Assembly (NCBI GenBank): GCA_030603365.1
Contig: JAUVXV010000016.1
Location: 26,274-90,273, forward strand
Direction: 5' to 3'
Length of the DNA stretch: 64,000 bases
Source of the DNA: Candidatus Heimdallarchaeota archaeon
GTDB lineage: Archaea; Asgardarchaeota; Heimdallarchaeia; Heimdallarchaeales; Heimdallarchaeaceae
Shown here: piece after piece, positions 19,275 through 28,606 of the stretch
Layout of the letters: each line of letters starts with the position of its first letter
How positions within the stretch are numbered: the stretch's first letter is position 1
The notes under the pieces: model-generated
Database searches by the model: none
The model's input: the letters and a program-made list of their open reading frames with translations, nothing else
Told to the model about the DNA's origin: nothing
Program-made: the position numbers and the translations under genes

Positions 19275-19693
19275 AAAAGGTGAAGAATATGGGTAAAGTT
19301 ATTGTTTCTTCAGGAAAAAGGAAAACAGCTATAGCTAGAGCTACAGTTAAGCAAGGAAAAGGTAGAATTAGAGTAAATGGTGTTCCTTTGGAAGTTCTAC
19401 CAAATGAATTAAGCAAAATAAAAATCAGCGAAATATTTATTATAGCTGGTGAAGAAAAAAGAGACTCGATTGATGTAAAAATCAATGTTAGGGGCGGTGG
19501 TTATATGGGACAAGCTGAGGCAATAAGAACTGCTATTGCTAGAGGTTTAATAGAATATTTTGATGACTTAGGTTTAAAAGAGAAATTTGTTCTATATGAT
19601 AAAACAATAGTTTCAGGTGATCCTAGAAGAACTGAACCAAAGCATTTTGGTGGAAAAAGTTCCAGGTCTAGATTTCAAAAATCATATAGATAA
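19262..19693 (+). CDS. rps9: 30S ribosomal protein uS9
   Basis: GKRKTAIARA, GGGYMGQAEA and C-terminal QKSYR. Confidence 0.97.
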   Translation: MARIKKVKNMGKVIVSSGKRKTAIARATVKQGKGRIRVNGVPLEVLPNELSKIKISEIFIIAGEEKRDSIDVKINVRGGGYMGQAEAIRTAIARGLIEYFDDLGLKEKFVLYDKTIVSGDPRRTEPKHFGGKSSRSRFQKSYR

Positions 19694-19724
19694 CTATTTT
19701 ATTTTATTCTCTTATCATTAAAAA

Positions 19725-20756
19725 ATGACATCTGAATTAGATTGCTCTATAGGTGAAGGAGGGGGTTCAATAATAAGAATCTCTGTTGCTTTAGCTGCAG
19801 GTAAAAATAGTAAATTGACACTATATAATATACGTTCTAATAGATCCAATCCTGGACTTAGAGCTCAACATATTGAAGCAATAAGTGCAATAAAGCAATT
19901 TTCTGGTATGTCTTCGTTGGATTTACAAGTTGGAAATTCTCAACTAACATTAACTAAAGAAAAAGAAGAAAATAATGTCGCTTCTGTTAATATAAAAACA
20001 GCAGGAAGTATAGGTTTGGTTACTCAGGCTGTTATGTTCTATTCCTTTTCTCAAAAAAGAGATCTTGAATTAGTCATAAATGGAGGAGCAACACATGGAA
20101 AATGGGCTCCTTCAATCGAGTACATTCAAAATGTGACAAATAAAATTGTTAGTAAGATGAACAAAAAAATTACACTGTCCTCATCTAGATATGGTTTTTT
20201 TCCAAAAGGTGGTTCTAAAGTACAATGTAATTTTAGTAAGCATAATAATCTAACCCCTCTTAATTTGGTTGAAAGAGGAGAGCTGGAGAAGATTGAGATT
20301 TATTCTACAGTTTCTAAAGATTTGGCTGAAAGACAGGTTGCAGAAAGGCAAAGTAAATCCTTTCTCAAGGAAATTAATATCAGTGTAGAAGTTGTTGAAA
20401 ATATAAACTATGTAGATAGTCTGTGTTCTGGAACTGGATTAACTATAGTTGATTGTTATTCTTCAGGAGCTAGAATGGGTTGTTTTATTCCTGGAGAAAG
20501 AAAACTCCCCGCTGAAAAAATAGGTTCTCTTTGTGCTAATTTGTGGAGAAAGAATTCTAGTAGTTCTGCTTCGGTAGATGCTTATGCAGCTGATCAAATG
20601 ATTGTACCAATGGCTTTAGTTGAAGGTAAATCTGAAATTACAACAACTGAAATAACAAACCATACAAGAACAAACATTCAGTTAGTTCAAAAATTCATTA
20701 AAAGAGATATTACTTTTAGTAGGGAGAAGGATTGCTTTAGTATTATAGTCAACTAA
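19725..20756 (+). CDS. rtcA: RNA 3'-terminal phosphate cyclase
   Basis: GEGGGSIIR, NIRSNRSNPGLRAQH, GFFPKGG, ADQM and catalytic His in TNHTRTN. Confidence 0.92.
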   Translation: MTSELDCSIGEGGGSIIRISVALAAGKNSKLTLYNIRSNRSNPGLRAQHIEAISAIKQFSGMSSLDLQVGNSQLTLTKEKEENNVASVNIKTAGSIGLVTQAVMFYSFSQKRDLELVINGGATHGKWAPSIEYIQNVTNKIVSKMNKKITLSSSRYGFFPKGGSKVQCNFSKHNNLTPLNLVERGELEKIEIYSTVSKDLAERQVAERQSKSFLKEINISVEVVENINYVDSLCSGTGLTIVDCYSSGARMGCFIPGERKLPAEKIGSLCANLWRKNSSSSASVDAYAADQMIVPMALVEGKSEITTTEITNHTRTNIQLVQKFIKRDITFSREKDCFSIIVN

Positions 20757-20915
20757 TCATGATTTCTAACTGAAATTAATAGGAATTCTTTCTTAACGAC
20801 ATATTTATATGATACTAACTGTGCCGGGGTACGACATAAAAAGCATAGTATTCAATTACTATAAGATTAGAAAGAAGTGTCATAATAGTCAAAATAAACA
20901 AATAAAGTGATGTTT

Positions 20916-21917
20916 ATGGGGCATCGAAGGGTCAGTGCTCCCCATCGGTCATCTCTCGGATACCGAAGGGTAAGAGCTAGAAGAATGATCCCTGCACCTC
21001 GAGCTTGGCAAGAATACGAGGGTGCTCCGAAATTGTTAGGATTTCTGGGAATAAAAGCAGGGATGACACATTGTGTGTACATTGAAGATCGACCAAGGAG
21101 TCACTTGGCGAATAGAGAGATTACAACAGCTGTAACTTGCATAGAAACACCACCTATTGTAATATTTAATTTGCGTGGATATAAGAAAACAGCTTATGGG
21201 CTTCAGATAGCTGCAGATCTTTTAGCATCTGAAACTAAAGAGGAACTCAAAAGAAAGATAAAGCTTCCAAAAGAATACAACTTTAAGAAATCTAAAAAGA
21301 ACTTTGACGATAATCTTAACGACATAGTGGAGCTTCGTGCTGTTGTTCATACACAACCACATTTAACTGGAATTGGTATGAAAACACCTCAAATTGCTGA
21401 AATTAAAATAGGCTGTAGCAATATCAAAGAAGGATATGAATATGGTCTTTCTCTATTAGGAAAAGAATTGCTAATAAGAGATGTTTTCAAAGCAGGAGAG
21501 TTTGTTGATGCACTTGGTGTAACAAAAGGAAAAGGTTTCCAAGGTCCTGTCAAAAGACATGGTGTCAAGATTCTACAACATAAATCTAAAGGAACAAAAA
21601 GAGGTGTAGGTTCCATTGGACCATGGACTCCTGCTAGAACCATGTGGACTATACCTAGATATGGTCAAATGGGTTTTCATATGCGAACTGATTACAATAA
21701 AAGAATTATGCAAATTGGTTCTGATGGTGCTCAAATTGTTCCTAAAGGTGGTTTTGTGAGGTATGGTGTGGTTAAAAATAACTATCTTTTAGTAAAAGGA
21801 TCAATTCCGGGATCAAAGAAGAGAACAGTTATGCTGAGAGGACCAGTAAGAAAAACTCCTCAAGCAATAAAGGAACCACAAGTCCTCTTCATTTCAACGA
21901 AGAGTCAGCAAGGTTAG
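20916..21917 (+). CDS. rpl3: 50S ribosomal protein uL3
   Basis: GIKAGMTH, VTKGKGFQGPVKR and GQMGFH motifs. Confidence 0.97.
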   Translation: MGHRRVSAPHRSSLGYRRVRARRMIPAPRAWQEYEGAPKLLGFLGIKAGMTHCVYIEDRPRSHLANREITTAVTCIETPPIVIFNLRGYKKTAYGLQIAADLLASETKEELKRKIKLPKEYNFKKSKKNFDDNLNDIVELRAVVHTQPHLTGIGMKTPQIAEIKIGCSNIKEGYEYGLSLLGKELLIRDVFKAGEFVDALGVTKGKGFQGPVKRHGVKILQHKSKGTKRGVGSIGPWTPARTMWTIPRYGQMGFHMRTDYNKRIMQIGSDGAQIVPKGGFVRYGVVKNNYLLVKGSIPGSKKRTVMLRGPVRKTPQAIKEPQVLFISTKSQQG

Positions 21918-21927
21918 AAAGAGGTAG

Positions 21928-22719
21928 ATGATGATGAATGTAACAAAATACTCAATAAAAGGACAAAAAATAGACGAGAAAGTAGAACTTCCAAATGTGT
22001 TCGAAACAACCTTACGTCCTGATGTTATTAAGAGAGCTGTTCTTGCTGAACAAAGCTGGAAAAGACAACGAAAAGGTGTTAGTCCTTTTGCAGGTAAGTT
22101 AGTTGCTGTTGAAAATTGGGGGCCAGGTAGAGGTGCAGCACGTGTTCCTCGTATAAAAGGATCTCGAACACATAGTGCGCAAAGAACTGCATTTATTCCA
22201 CAAGCTAGAGGCGGTCATAAAGCACATCCTCCCACAGCAGAGAAGAGAATAATTGAAAAGATAAACAGAAAAGAACATCTACTCGCTCTTAAGTCAGCTA
22301 TTGCATTTACAGCTCAGAAAGAAGCAGTAAGTGATAGAGGACACAGATTTGAAGATAAAATGGAATTTCCAATTATTATAGAATCAAAAGCTGAGACAAT
22401 TGAGAAAACAAGTGATGCTCTTCGCTTATTAAACAATCTAGGACTCTCTTTAGAGCTTATGAGAATAAAAATAGGAAAAAATGTTCGTGCAGGTAAAGGT
22501 AAAATGAGGGGTCGTAAATACAAAGTTCCTGTTGGACCTTTAATTATAGTAAAGAACAGAGATTGCTCCCTAATTAAAGCAGGACGAAATATCTTAGGTG
22601 CTGAGGTTATATCTGTTAGTGATCTTACCACTGAGATTTTAGCTCCAGGAACGTACCCTGGAAGACTCACTATATGGACAGAGGATGCAATACAATCCTT
22701 GATTGAAAGATTCGGGTGA
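21928..22719 (+). CDS. rpl4: 50S ribosomal protein uL4
   Basis: WGPGRGAARVPR, RAGKGKMRGR and LAPGTYPGRLTIW motifs. Confidence 0.97.
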   Translation: MMMNVTKYSIKGQKIDEKVELPNVFETTLRPDVIKRAVLAEQSWKRQRKGVSPFAGKLVAVENWGPGRGAARVPRIKGSRTHSAQRTAFIPQARGGHKAHPPTAEKRIIEKINRKEHLLALKSAIAFTAQKEAVSDRGHRFEDKMEFPIIIESKAETIEKTSDALRLLNNLGLSLELMRIKIGKNVRAGKGKMRGRKYKVPVGPLIIVKNRDCSLIKAGRNILGAEVISVSDLTTEILAPGTYPGRLTIWTEDAIQSLIERFG

Positions 22720-22725
22720 TGAAAA

Positions 22726-22986
22726 ATGGATCCATACAAAATAATAAAGAAACCACTAATATCTGAGAAAGATTTTGAGTTAATAGAGACGGAAAATAAA
22801 CTAGTAATATTAGTAGATCTCAGAGCAACTAAACACCAAATTAAAAAGGCCATAGAACAGCTTTATAATGTAAAAGTTGAGAAAGTTAATACTTTGATAA
22901 CTCCAAAAGGGACAAAGAAAGCATATGTACGATTAAGCGAGTTTGATGATGCTGCAGATATAGCATCAAGGATGGGCTTATTCTAA
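22726..22986 (+). CDS. rpl23: 50S ribosomal protein uL23
   Basis: [18 protein letters not shown] motif and operon position. Confidence 0.97.
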   Translation: MDPYKIIKKPLISEKDFELIETENKLVILVDLRATKHQIKKAIEQLYNVKVEKVNTLITPKGTKKAYVRLSEFDDAADIASRMGLF

Positions 22987-23000
22987 AAAAGGTGATATGA

Positions 23001-23735
23001 ATGGGTAAGAAAATTTTAGTTCAAAGACGTGGAAGAGGAACATCAAAATTTCGAGCTGCTTCACACAAAAAGAAGGGTAGTGTAAAGTACAGAAAATTAG
23101 CGAAGTTAGAATATACAGGAACCATTACAGGAGAAGTTAAAGATTTTGTTCATGACCCTGGAAGGGGTGCACCAGTTGCAAATATCTTATTCGAAGATGG
23201 ACTTAAGAAAATAATTCTACCTTCAGAAGGCCTAAGAGTAGGGCAGGAAATTGAATATGGTGTAACTGCAGCAGTTCAATTAGGAAATACAATGCCTTTA
23301 CAAGCAATTCCAGACGGTTCCCCTGTTTTTAATATTGAATTAACACCTGGGGATGGCGGTCGGTTAATAAGATCTAGCGGTGGATATGCAACTATTCTAG
23401 GTAGAGACAAAGGAAAAGTTACTCTTCAGCTTCCTAGCGGAGAAATGAAGGAAATTCCACAAAGATGTAGAGCAACAATAGGTATTGTTGCTGGTGGTGG
23501 AAGAACAGAAAAACCCTTTGTAAAAGCAGGAAACAAATTCCATTTGAAGAAAGCAAAAGGTCACACCTATCCCAAAGTTAGAGGAGTCGCAATGAATGCT
23601 GTTTCCCATCCACATGGTGGTGGGGCACACCAAGGTCCTCCAAGATCAACAACTGTCTCAAGGCATGCACAACCTGGTAGAAAAGTTGGTCTGATTGCAG
23701 CTAGAAGAAGTGGTAGAAGAAGAGGTAAGAAATAG
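23001..23735 (+). CDS. rpl2: 50S ribosomal protein uL2
   Basis: HDPGRGAP and VRGVAMNAVSHPHGGG motifs. Confidence 0.98.
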   Translation: MGKKILVQRRGRGTSKFRAASHKKKGSVKYRKLAKLEYTGTITGEVKDFVHDPGRGAPVANILFEDGLKKIILPSEGLRVGQEIEYGVTAAVQLGNTMPLQAIPDGSPVFNIELTPGDGGRLIRSSGGYATILGRDKGKVTLQLPSGEMKEIPQRCRATIGIVAGGGRTEKPFVKAGNKFHLKKAKGHTYPKVRGVAMNAVSHPHGGGAHQGPPRSTTVSRHAQPGRKVGLIAARRSGRRRGKK

Positions 23736-23920
23736 TTCTTCCTACTTTATTTCTTTTTTAATGATAACATTCAATTTTTAATGTTTTTTTAGAAGATCGT
23801 TTATTATATTCAATAGTATATTTCAAGAAAATATGAAAATGTATTTAAACTAACCAAATTTGATGTACAAAAATTAGTCATTATAAAGACATTTAACAAC
23901 ATTATACTGAGGAGATAATA

Positions 23921-24664
23921 ATGGAAAGCAAGAATCTTTATGGGGATTTGGAATTTGTTTTTAATGAACCCCAAAACTTTGAAGGTTGTACATTACTTAA
24001 TGGTTGGCATGGAATTGGTGAATGTGGTTTTATTTCGATGAGTCACCTAGTAGATAAATTGAATGCTGAGAGAATAGGTTATATTATTACAAGTAATATT
24101 CCACAATTCATAACCATAAAGAATAACAGAATAACCTTTCCTTTTGAAATTTATAGAAAAGATGATATTGTAATAATCTTACCAATATTCGAACCTATTA
24201 AGTCTGAACATTTGATATTCACAAAGAGTGTTGTACAATGGTCTATTGATAATAAATTTAAGCAAGCAATACTAGTTGGTGGATTAGATAGAAGATTAAA
24301 AGAAGATGTGGAGCTTAAGGCTATATATACAAAAGCCTTTAGAGAAAAAAGAACCGATGTGGAGATACCTTTTCTTGAAGAAGGTTTGTATGTTACAGGA
24401 CCTTTAGCATATATGTTGATGTTTTATGAATTACACGATTTTGAAGCCTTAGCACTTTTACCATATGCAGAAAGATCTAGGCCAGATCCGGTTGCTGCCA
24501 GTATTGCAGTAAGTGAAATCAATAATATCCTCAATATTGATGTTAATGTTCAAGAGTTATTAGATGAGGCTGAGAAGATAGAAAAGGAAATTGAATCTCT
24601 AATTCAAGCAAGTAAAACACGGAGAGATTCTGATAAGGATGCAGATGAGGGAATGTTTGTTTAG
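23921..24664 (+). CDS. PAC2-family proteasome assembly chaperone (PbaA/B-like)
   Basis: LLNGWHGIGECG, PFEIY and PDPVAA motifs. C-terminal coiled coil ending GMFV, an HbYX-like tail. Confidence 0.88.
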   Translation: MESKNLYGDLEFVFNEPQNFEGCTLLNGWHGIGECGFISMSHLVDKLNAERIGYIITSNIPQFITIKNNRITFPFEIYRKDDIVIILPIFEPIKSEHLIFTKSVVQWSIDNKFKQAILVGGLDRRLKEDVELKAIYTKAFREKRTDVEIPFLEEGLYVTGPLAYMLMFYELHDFEALALLPYAERSRPDPVAASIAVSEINNILNIDVNVQELLDEAEKIEKEIESLIQASKTRRDSDKDADEGMFV

Positions 24665-24672
24665 AAAAACAT

Positions 24673-25785
24673 TCAAAATTCATAATTTATTTCTTCTTCA
24701 TTAGGAGGAAGAAATTCCTTAGCTATAATTATCTTCTGAGATTCCTTAAATTTTTCAGCAGTTTTAACGATATTTATTACTCTTGTTTCCAGTTCAGAGA
24801 TTAAGGGTTCCAAACTTTCAATGCTTTTCATAGATATAAAAAATTCAATTCCGAATAATGCTTTACTTCTTTTAATTTCCTCCTCCGAAATCAAATCTAT
24901 TTTATTAAGAACTCTAATCATAGGAACATTAAGAAATTCTTTTTCAATGTCTTCAAAAAGATTCAACTGTTCATCGGGTGTGATGACTGCATCTTTTGAT
25001 ATATCAAAGATAAAAACTATAATATCAGAAACATACCTTATTGAAGCTATACTTTGTCGTTCTATCATATTTCTCTCTCTAAAAGGCCTGTCCAATAAAC
25101 CAGGTGTATCTACAACTTGAACATTGGTAACAGCTAAATCTCTATGACCAAAGATAATTTGTTTGGTTGTAAACGGATATTCTGCTACCTCTGGTTTACC
25201 AGAAGAAATCTTTCTTACAAGAGATGATTTTCCCACATTGGGCGCACCTGCAATAACAATTGTTGGATATGTAACGTTAAAATCTGGGATGGTTTTCAGT
25301 TTTTTTATAGTTTTTCTTAGATAATTTACATCCCCTCTAGCTTTCTTAATTAGAGAAGCTATCCTACCACTACTTTCTTTTCTGATTTTTGCCATTTCTA
25401 AAGGATGATCAGATAGTCTTAATTTGGACATCTGTTCTTTTTCGATTTCCTTAATTTGGTTAGCGATACCATCTATTCGACCTAAAATCCTCCTAATCTG
25501 ATCTATACTTCCTATTAAATCGCAAAGTTCAATATAGAAAGGATGTATATTTTCAATCCAAGGAAATTGCTTTGTTATATCCAGTAACTTCTCTGATATC
25601 ACTTCTGCTAGTTTATAGATTCGATCTCTTTCAAAGGATGCTATTTTTTCTTCTCTAGTGCGTCTCTTTGAAGTTTTCATTCTCAGTTTTTTGACCTGTT
25701 TAAATGCAATGGAAAGTATCTCATCAACTGAAGGAACATACTTAACCTGTCTAAATGGATTTCCCTTATATTGCTTTTTCATCAC
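24673..25785 (-). CDS. Nog1-family GTPase
   Basis: GAPNVGKS, YPFTTK, DTPGLLDRP and NKID motifs, with a helical N-domain containing HPFY. Confidence 0.94.
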   Translation of the reverse strand: MMKKQYKGNPFRQVKYVPSVDEILSIAFKQVKKLRMKTSKRRTREEKIASFERDRIYKLAEVISEKLLDITKQFPWIENIHPFYIELCDLIGSIDQIRRILGRIDGIANQIKEIEKEQMSKLRLSDHPLEMAKIRKESSGRIASLIKKARGDVNYLRKTIKKLKTIPDFNVTYPTIVIAGAPNVGKSSLVRKISSGKPEVAEYPFTTKQIIFGHRDLAVTNVQVVDTPGLLDRPFRERNMIERQSIASIRYVSDIIVFIFDISKDAVITPDEQLNLFEDIEKEFLNVPMIRVLNKIDLISEEEIKRSKALFGIEFFISMKSIESLEPLISELETRVINIVKTAEKFKESQKIIIAKEFLPPNEEEINYEF

Positions 25786-26903
25786 ACATAATCACTTCCA
25801 ATGACTGATAAATCAATATCGTGATCAAAGTATTTGTCAATGTTCTTTATAACTTCCTTTTTTCTTCTATTATACCCTTCTTGGTATTTTAGAATCATTT
25901 CAATCAAATTTGGCTTACAATCAAGACCACAGATAAGATTACCTGATCTGCAGCCATTCTCTATTTTTTGTAGTTCCTCATCATCTTCTACAAAATACTT
26001 TTTGAACCAATCAAAAACTGTACATATCTCAGGATTTGCTCCAAGTTCTCTTTGTTCTTTAATGGTAGTTCTACCACCGGTAAGAGCTTTCATTATTTTC
26101 TTTTTGATGATTTCAGGTTCATCTCGTAGAAATACACATGTTTCTTCAGCTGATGAAGACATGGGACCACCTGTTAAACCTTTAAGGTATTGGATATAGA
26201 GAGAACCTGGCAATGTTATTTTCCGTTTTCTCGATATATCTCTTGTTAATCTCATATATACATCTTGATCTAATCCAATTGGTACAACAACTGGTAAATC
26301 ATGATCAATAGTAGGTTGAAGTATGTGTGCAGCTTGAATAAATGTATAATAACTTGTTCCAGCATTTTCTTCACCTGTAAGACCAAGTGCAGCTTTTATT
26401 GCGTTGTAGGTTTGATTTATTGAGAAAGAAAGTGCTAAATAATGTATTCTAGGAGTTATGCTTGATATATATGCATGTACATTTTCTGGGTTAAAACCTA
26501 TTGCAAAAATATCAATTGCATTTTCAATGGCCAATTTATATGTTCCTTCTAAAGAATCGACCTTTCGAAATACATACTTTTCATCATCTGAAAAAGGTAG
26601 AAAATATTTACAATTATACTTGTCTTGTAAATATCGTATTAAATCAAAGAGAATGAGATGACCAAAATGTAAATCATTAGACGGTCCTCTACCGCTTATA
26701 ATAGCAAAAGATTTATTCTTCTCAACCCTATCTAAGATTTTATCAAAATCTCTGTGGGCAAAAACAACACCCCTTCTAAAGAATAGGTGCTCTGTTCCAA
26801 TTCTAGGGAGTATTTTCTCTACTTTGGAAATGCCAAATTCCTTGAGTATTTGATTATAATCTTCTCTTTTTTCAATATCATGGGGTTCTGTACTTTGATT
26901 CAT
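25782..26903 (-). CDS. trpS: Tryptophanyl-tRNA synthetase (archaeal/eukaryotic type)
   Basis: FFRRGVVFAHRDF, GRGPS..LHFGH, DDEK, PIGLDQD and MSSS motifs. SD GAGGTG at 26914-26909. Confidence 0.96.
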   Translation of the reverse strand: MNQSTEPHDIEKREDYNQILKEFGISKVEKILPRIGTEHLFFRRGVVFAHRDFDKILDRVEKNKSFAIISGRGPSNDLHFGHLILFDLIRYLQDKYNCKYFLPFSDDEKYVFRKVDSLEGTYKLAIENAIDIFAIGFNPENVHAYISSITPRIHYLALSFSINQTYNAIKAALGLTGEENAGTSYYTFIQAAHILQPTIDHDLPVVVPIGLDQDVYMRLTRDISRKRKITLPGSLYIQYLKGLTGGPMSSSAEETCVFLRDEPEIIKKKIMKALTGGRTTIKEQRELGANPEICTVFDWFKKYFVEDDEELQKIENGCRSGNLICGLDCKPNLIEMILKYQEGYNRRKKEVIKNIDKYFDHDIDLSVIGSDYV

Positions 26904-26974
26904 TGTTACACCTCATAGAAAAAAAACTACAATTAAAAGCTTGATTATATGGTACTGGAATCACCCCTAATTCA

Positions 26975-27031
26975 CTATTTAGGGAAAACAAACCAAGAAA
27001 AGCTATTTCCAGTCCAAGTTACCACACTCAT
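26975..27031 (-). promoter_or_regulatory. Putative Trp-containing leader peptide (uORF) upstream of trpS
   Basis: MSVVTWTGNSFSWFVFPK* has 2 TGG codons in 18. TTATAAA lies 20 nt upstream of its ATG. Nested stems and a U8 tract precede the trpS SD. Confidence 0.45.
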
Positions 27032-27051
27032 TTATTTTTAAGAAAAAACTC

Positions 27052-27058
27052 TTTATAA
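27052..27058. promoter_or_regulatory. Putative bidirectional TATA box
   Basis: TTTATAA/TTATAAA lies 22 nt from the + strand ATG at 27081 and 20 nt from the - strand uORF ATG at 27031. Confidence 0.5.
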
Positions 27059-27080
27059 GAATATCGCCCAAAGTAAAACA

Positions 27081-28499
27081 ATGGAAAATTGGCTTGATAC
27101 TTATTTAAAAATGTTAAATTCTAAACCCTTTGCAATTGAGAAAAAAAAAGGCTCTCTAATAGGTTTCAATGTCAATATTGACAAAATTATTGCAATAAAC
27201 CCAGCAAAAATTTTACAAGTAATACCTACAGAAATAATTCCCAAGCTTGATTTCGATAAAACCCCTCCCTCTTCTGTTGAAACTCTAATTGATTTCTTCT
27301 CGTGTTTGTTTCATTCAATTAAACATGGAAAAGCTGATGAGGTCTTAACAGAATCTCAGAAATTATCAAATTGGATAGAAGAAGTTTTCGAGATTATGAA
27401 AGTAAAAATTGGCGGTCAAGCTGGAATTATAGCAAATCTATTTAGTAAACTAGGCTTGAAGAAAATTTTACTGAGTTTACCAGTTTTGGATAATTCTTTA
27501 ACCAGTTTATTAGAACCGAATATTTTGACAATAACAATGGATAAGTCTGGTCATTCTATTACCCCAATCTCCAAGATAAATAATACAGAAGACGAACCAA
27601 TTATTCATTATGTGTTTGAATTTACACCAGGAACTTATGTAATAGGTGATCAGAAGATTGTTTGTAAAAGAGATAATCGATTTATCTTATCTTATGATAA
27701 AATAAATACACAATTGAGGTTTAATGAAGGTTTTATGGATTATTGTGAGGAATTTCTTTCTGAATATTCCCTAGCAATAATCTCTGGATTCCATTTAATT
27801 AGTCAACAAGAAGGTTCCTCACAATCCTTCTATGATATAATCGCGCCTGTAGAAACGATGCTTAAAAAATGGAAGGTAACCAATCCTCTTCTCTACCTAC
27901 ATCTAGAAATTGCTTCTACAAAAGACGTTAAGCTGAGAAAAACTATAATTGAAGTTTTATTCCCTTTAGTTGATTCAATTGGTTTAAATGAACAAGAATT
28001 AATCTCATTTATTGAAATAATCAATCCCAAATTTGCAAGCGAATTAAGAAAAAACATGAGTTCTGTTATGTTTTTTAAAGCTTTAAATGAGATTTTACAA
28101 CACTATCCAAATATTAGAATCCATTTTCATTATCTTGGTTACTTCCTTATCCTTTCTAAACCAATTGATTACAAAAAAGCACAAATGAGAAAGCAAGGAC
28201 TTATTCTATCTTCGTTATTTGCTGCAAGAAACGCAGAAGGAAGAGAATTTACCACTTTCGGTGATATTCATAATGTTTCTTTAAATATAGCAATTAATGG
28301 ATATGAGGATTTGAAAAAGCTTCACAATTATTTACAATCTCACTTTTCAACAAAAGAAAGCCTACATGAAGATGGTTTATTATTCACCCCTTTCTTTTCT
28401 TTGATAGGCATACCTACTATAATTGTAGACAATCCTAAAGAATTGGTGGGTTTGGGCGATACTATCTCCTCTGTTTCTATTCTTTACGAGACTCAATAG
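27081..28499 (+). CDS. ADP-dependent glucokinase/phosphofructokinase
   Basis: GFNVNID, IGGQAGIIAN, RDNRFI, SIGLNEQEL and catalytic VGLGDTISS motifs. Confidence 0.93.
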   Translation: MENWLDTYLKMLNSKPFAIEKKKGSLIGFNVNIDKIIAINPAKILQVIPTEIIPKLDFDKTPPSSVETLIDFFSCLFHSIKHGKADEVLTESQKLSNWIEEVFEIMKVKIGGQAGIIANLFSKLGLKKILLSLPVLDNSLTSLLEPNILTITMDKSGHSITPISKINNTEDEPIIHYVFEFTPGTYVIGDQKIVCKRDNRFILSYDKINTQLRFNEGFMDYCEEFLSEYSLAIISGFHLISQQEGSSQSFYDIIAPVETMLKKWKVTNPLLYLHLEIASTKDVKLRKTIIEVLFPLVDSIGLNEQELISFIEIINPKFASELRKNMSSVMFFKALNEILQHYPNIRIHFHYLGYFLILSKPIDYKKAQMRKQGLILSSLFAARNAEGREFTTFGDIHNVSLNIAINGYEDLKKLHNYLQSHFSTKESLHEDGLLFTPFFSLIGIPTIIVDNPKELVGLGDTISSVSILYETQ

Positions 28500-28606
28500 A
28501 AAGTAATCGTGTTTTTGATTGTAAAAAAGGAATTCTTGTGTTTAAATAATTTCTTCAATATAAAATACAGAAGAAGATGTTATTCAGAAAATGAGTAGAT
28601 GAGTAA

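Noticed and set aside
27015-27025. Possible third copy of the TTACCAC palindrome (also half-sites at 22622 and 48418)
   Set aside because: Only half-sites with no partner arm 16 nt away, and two lie within coding sequence.
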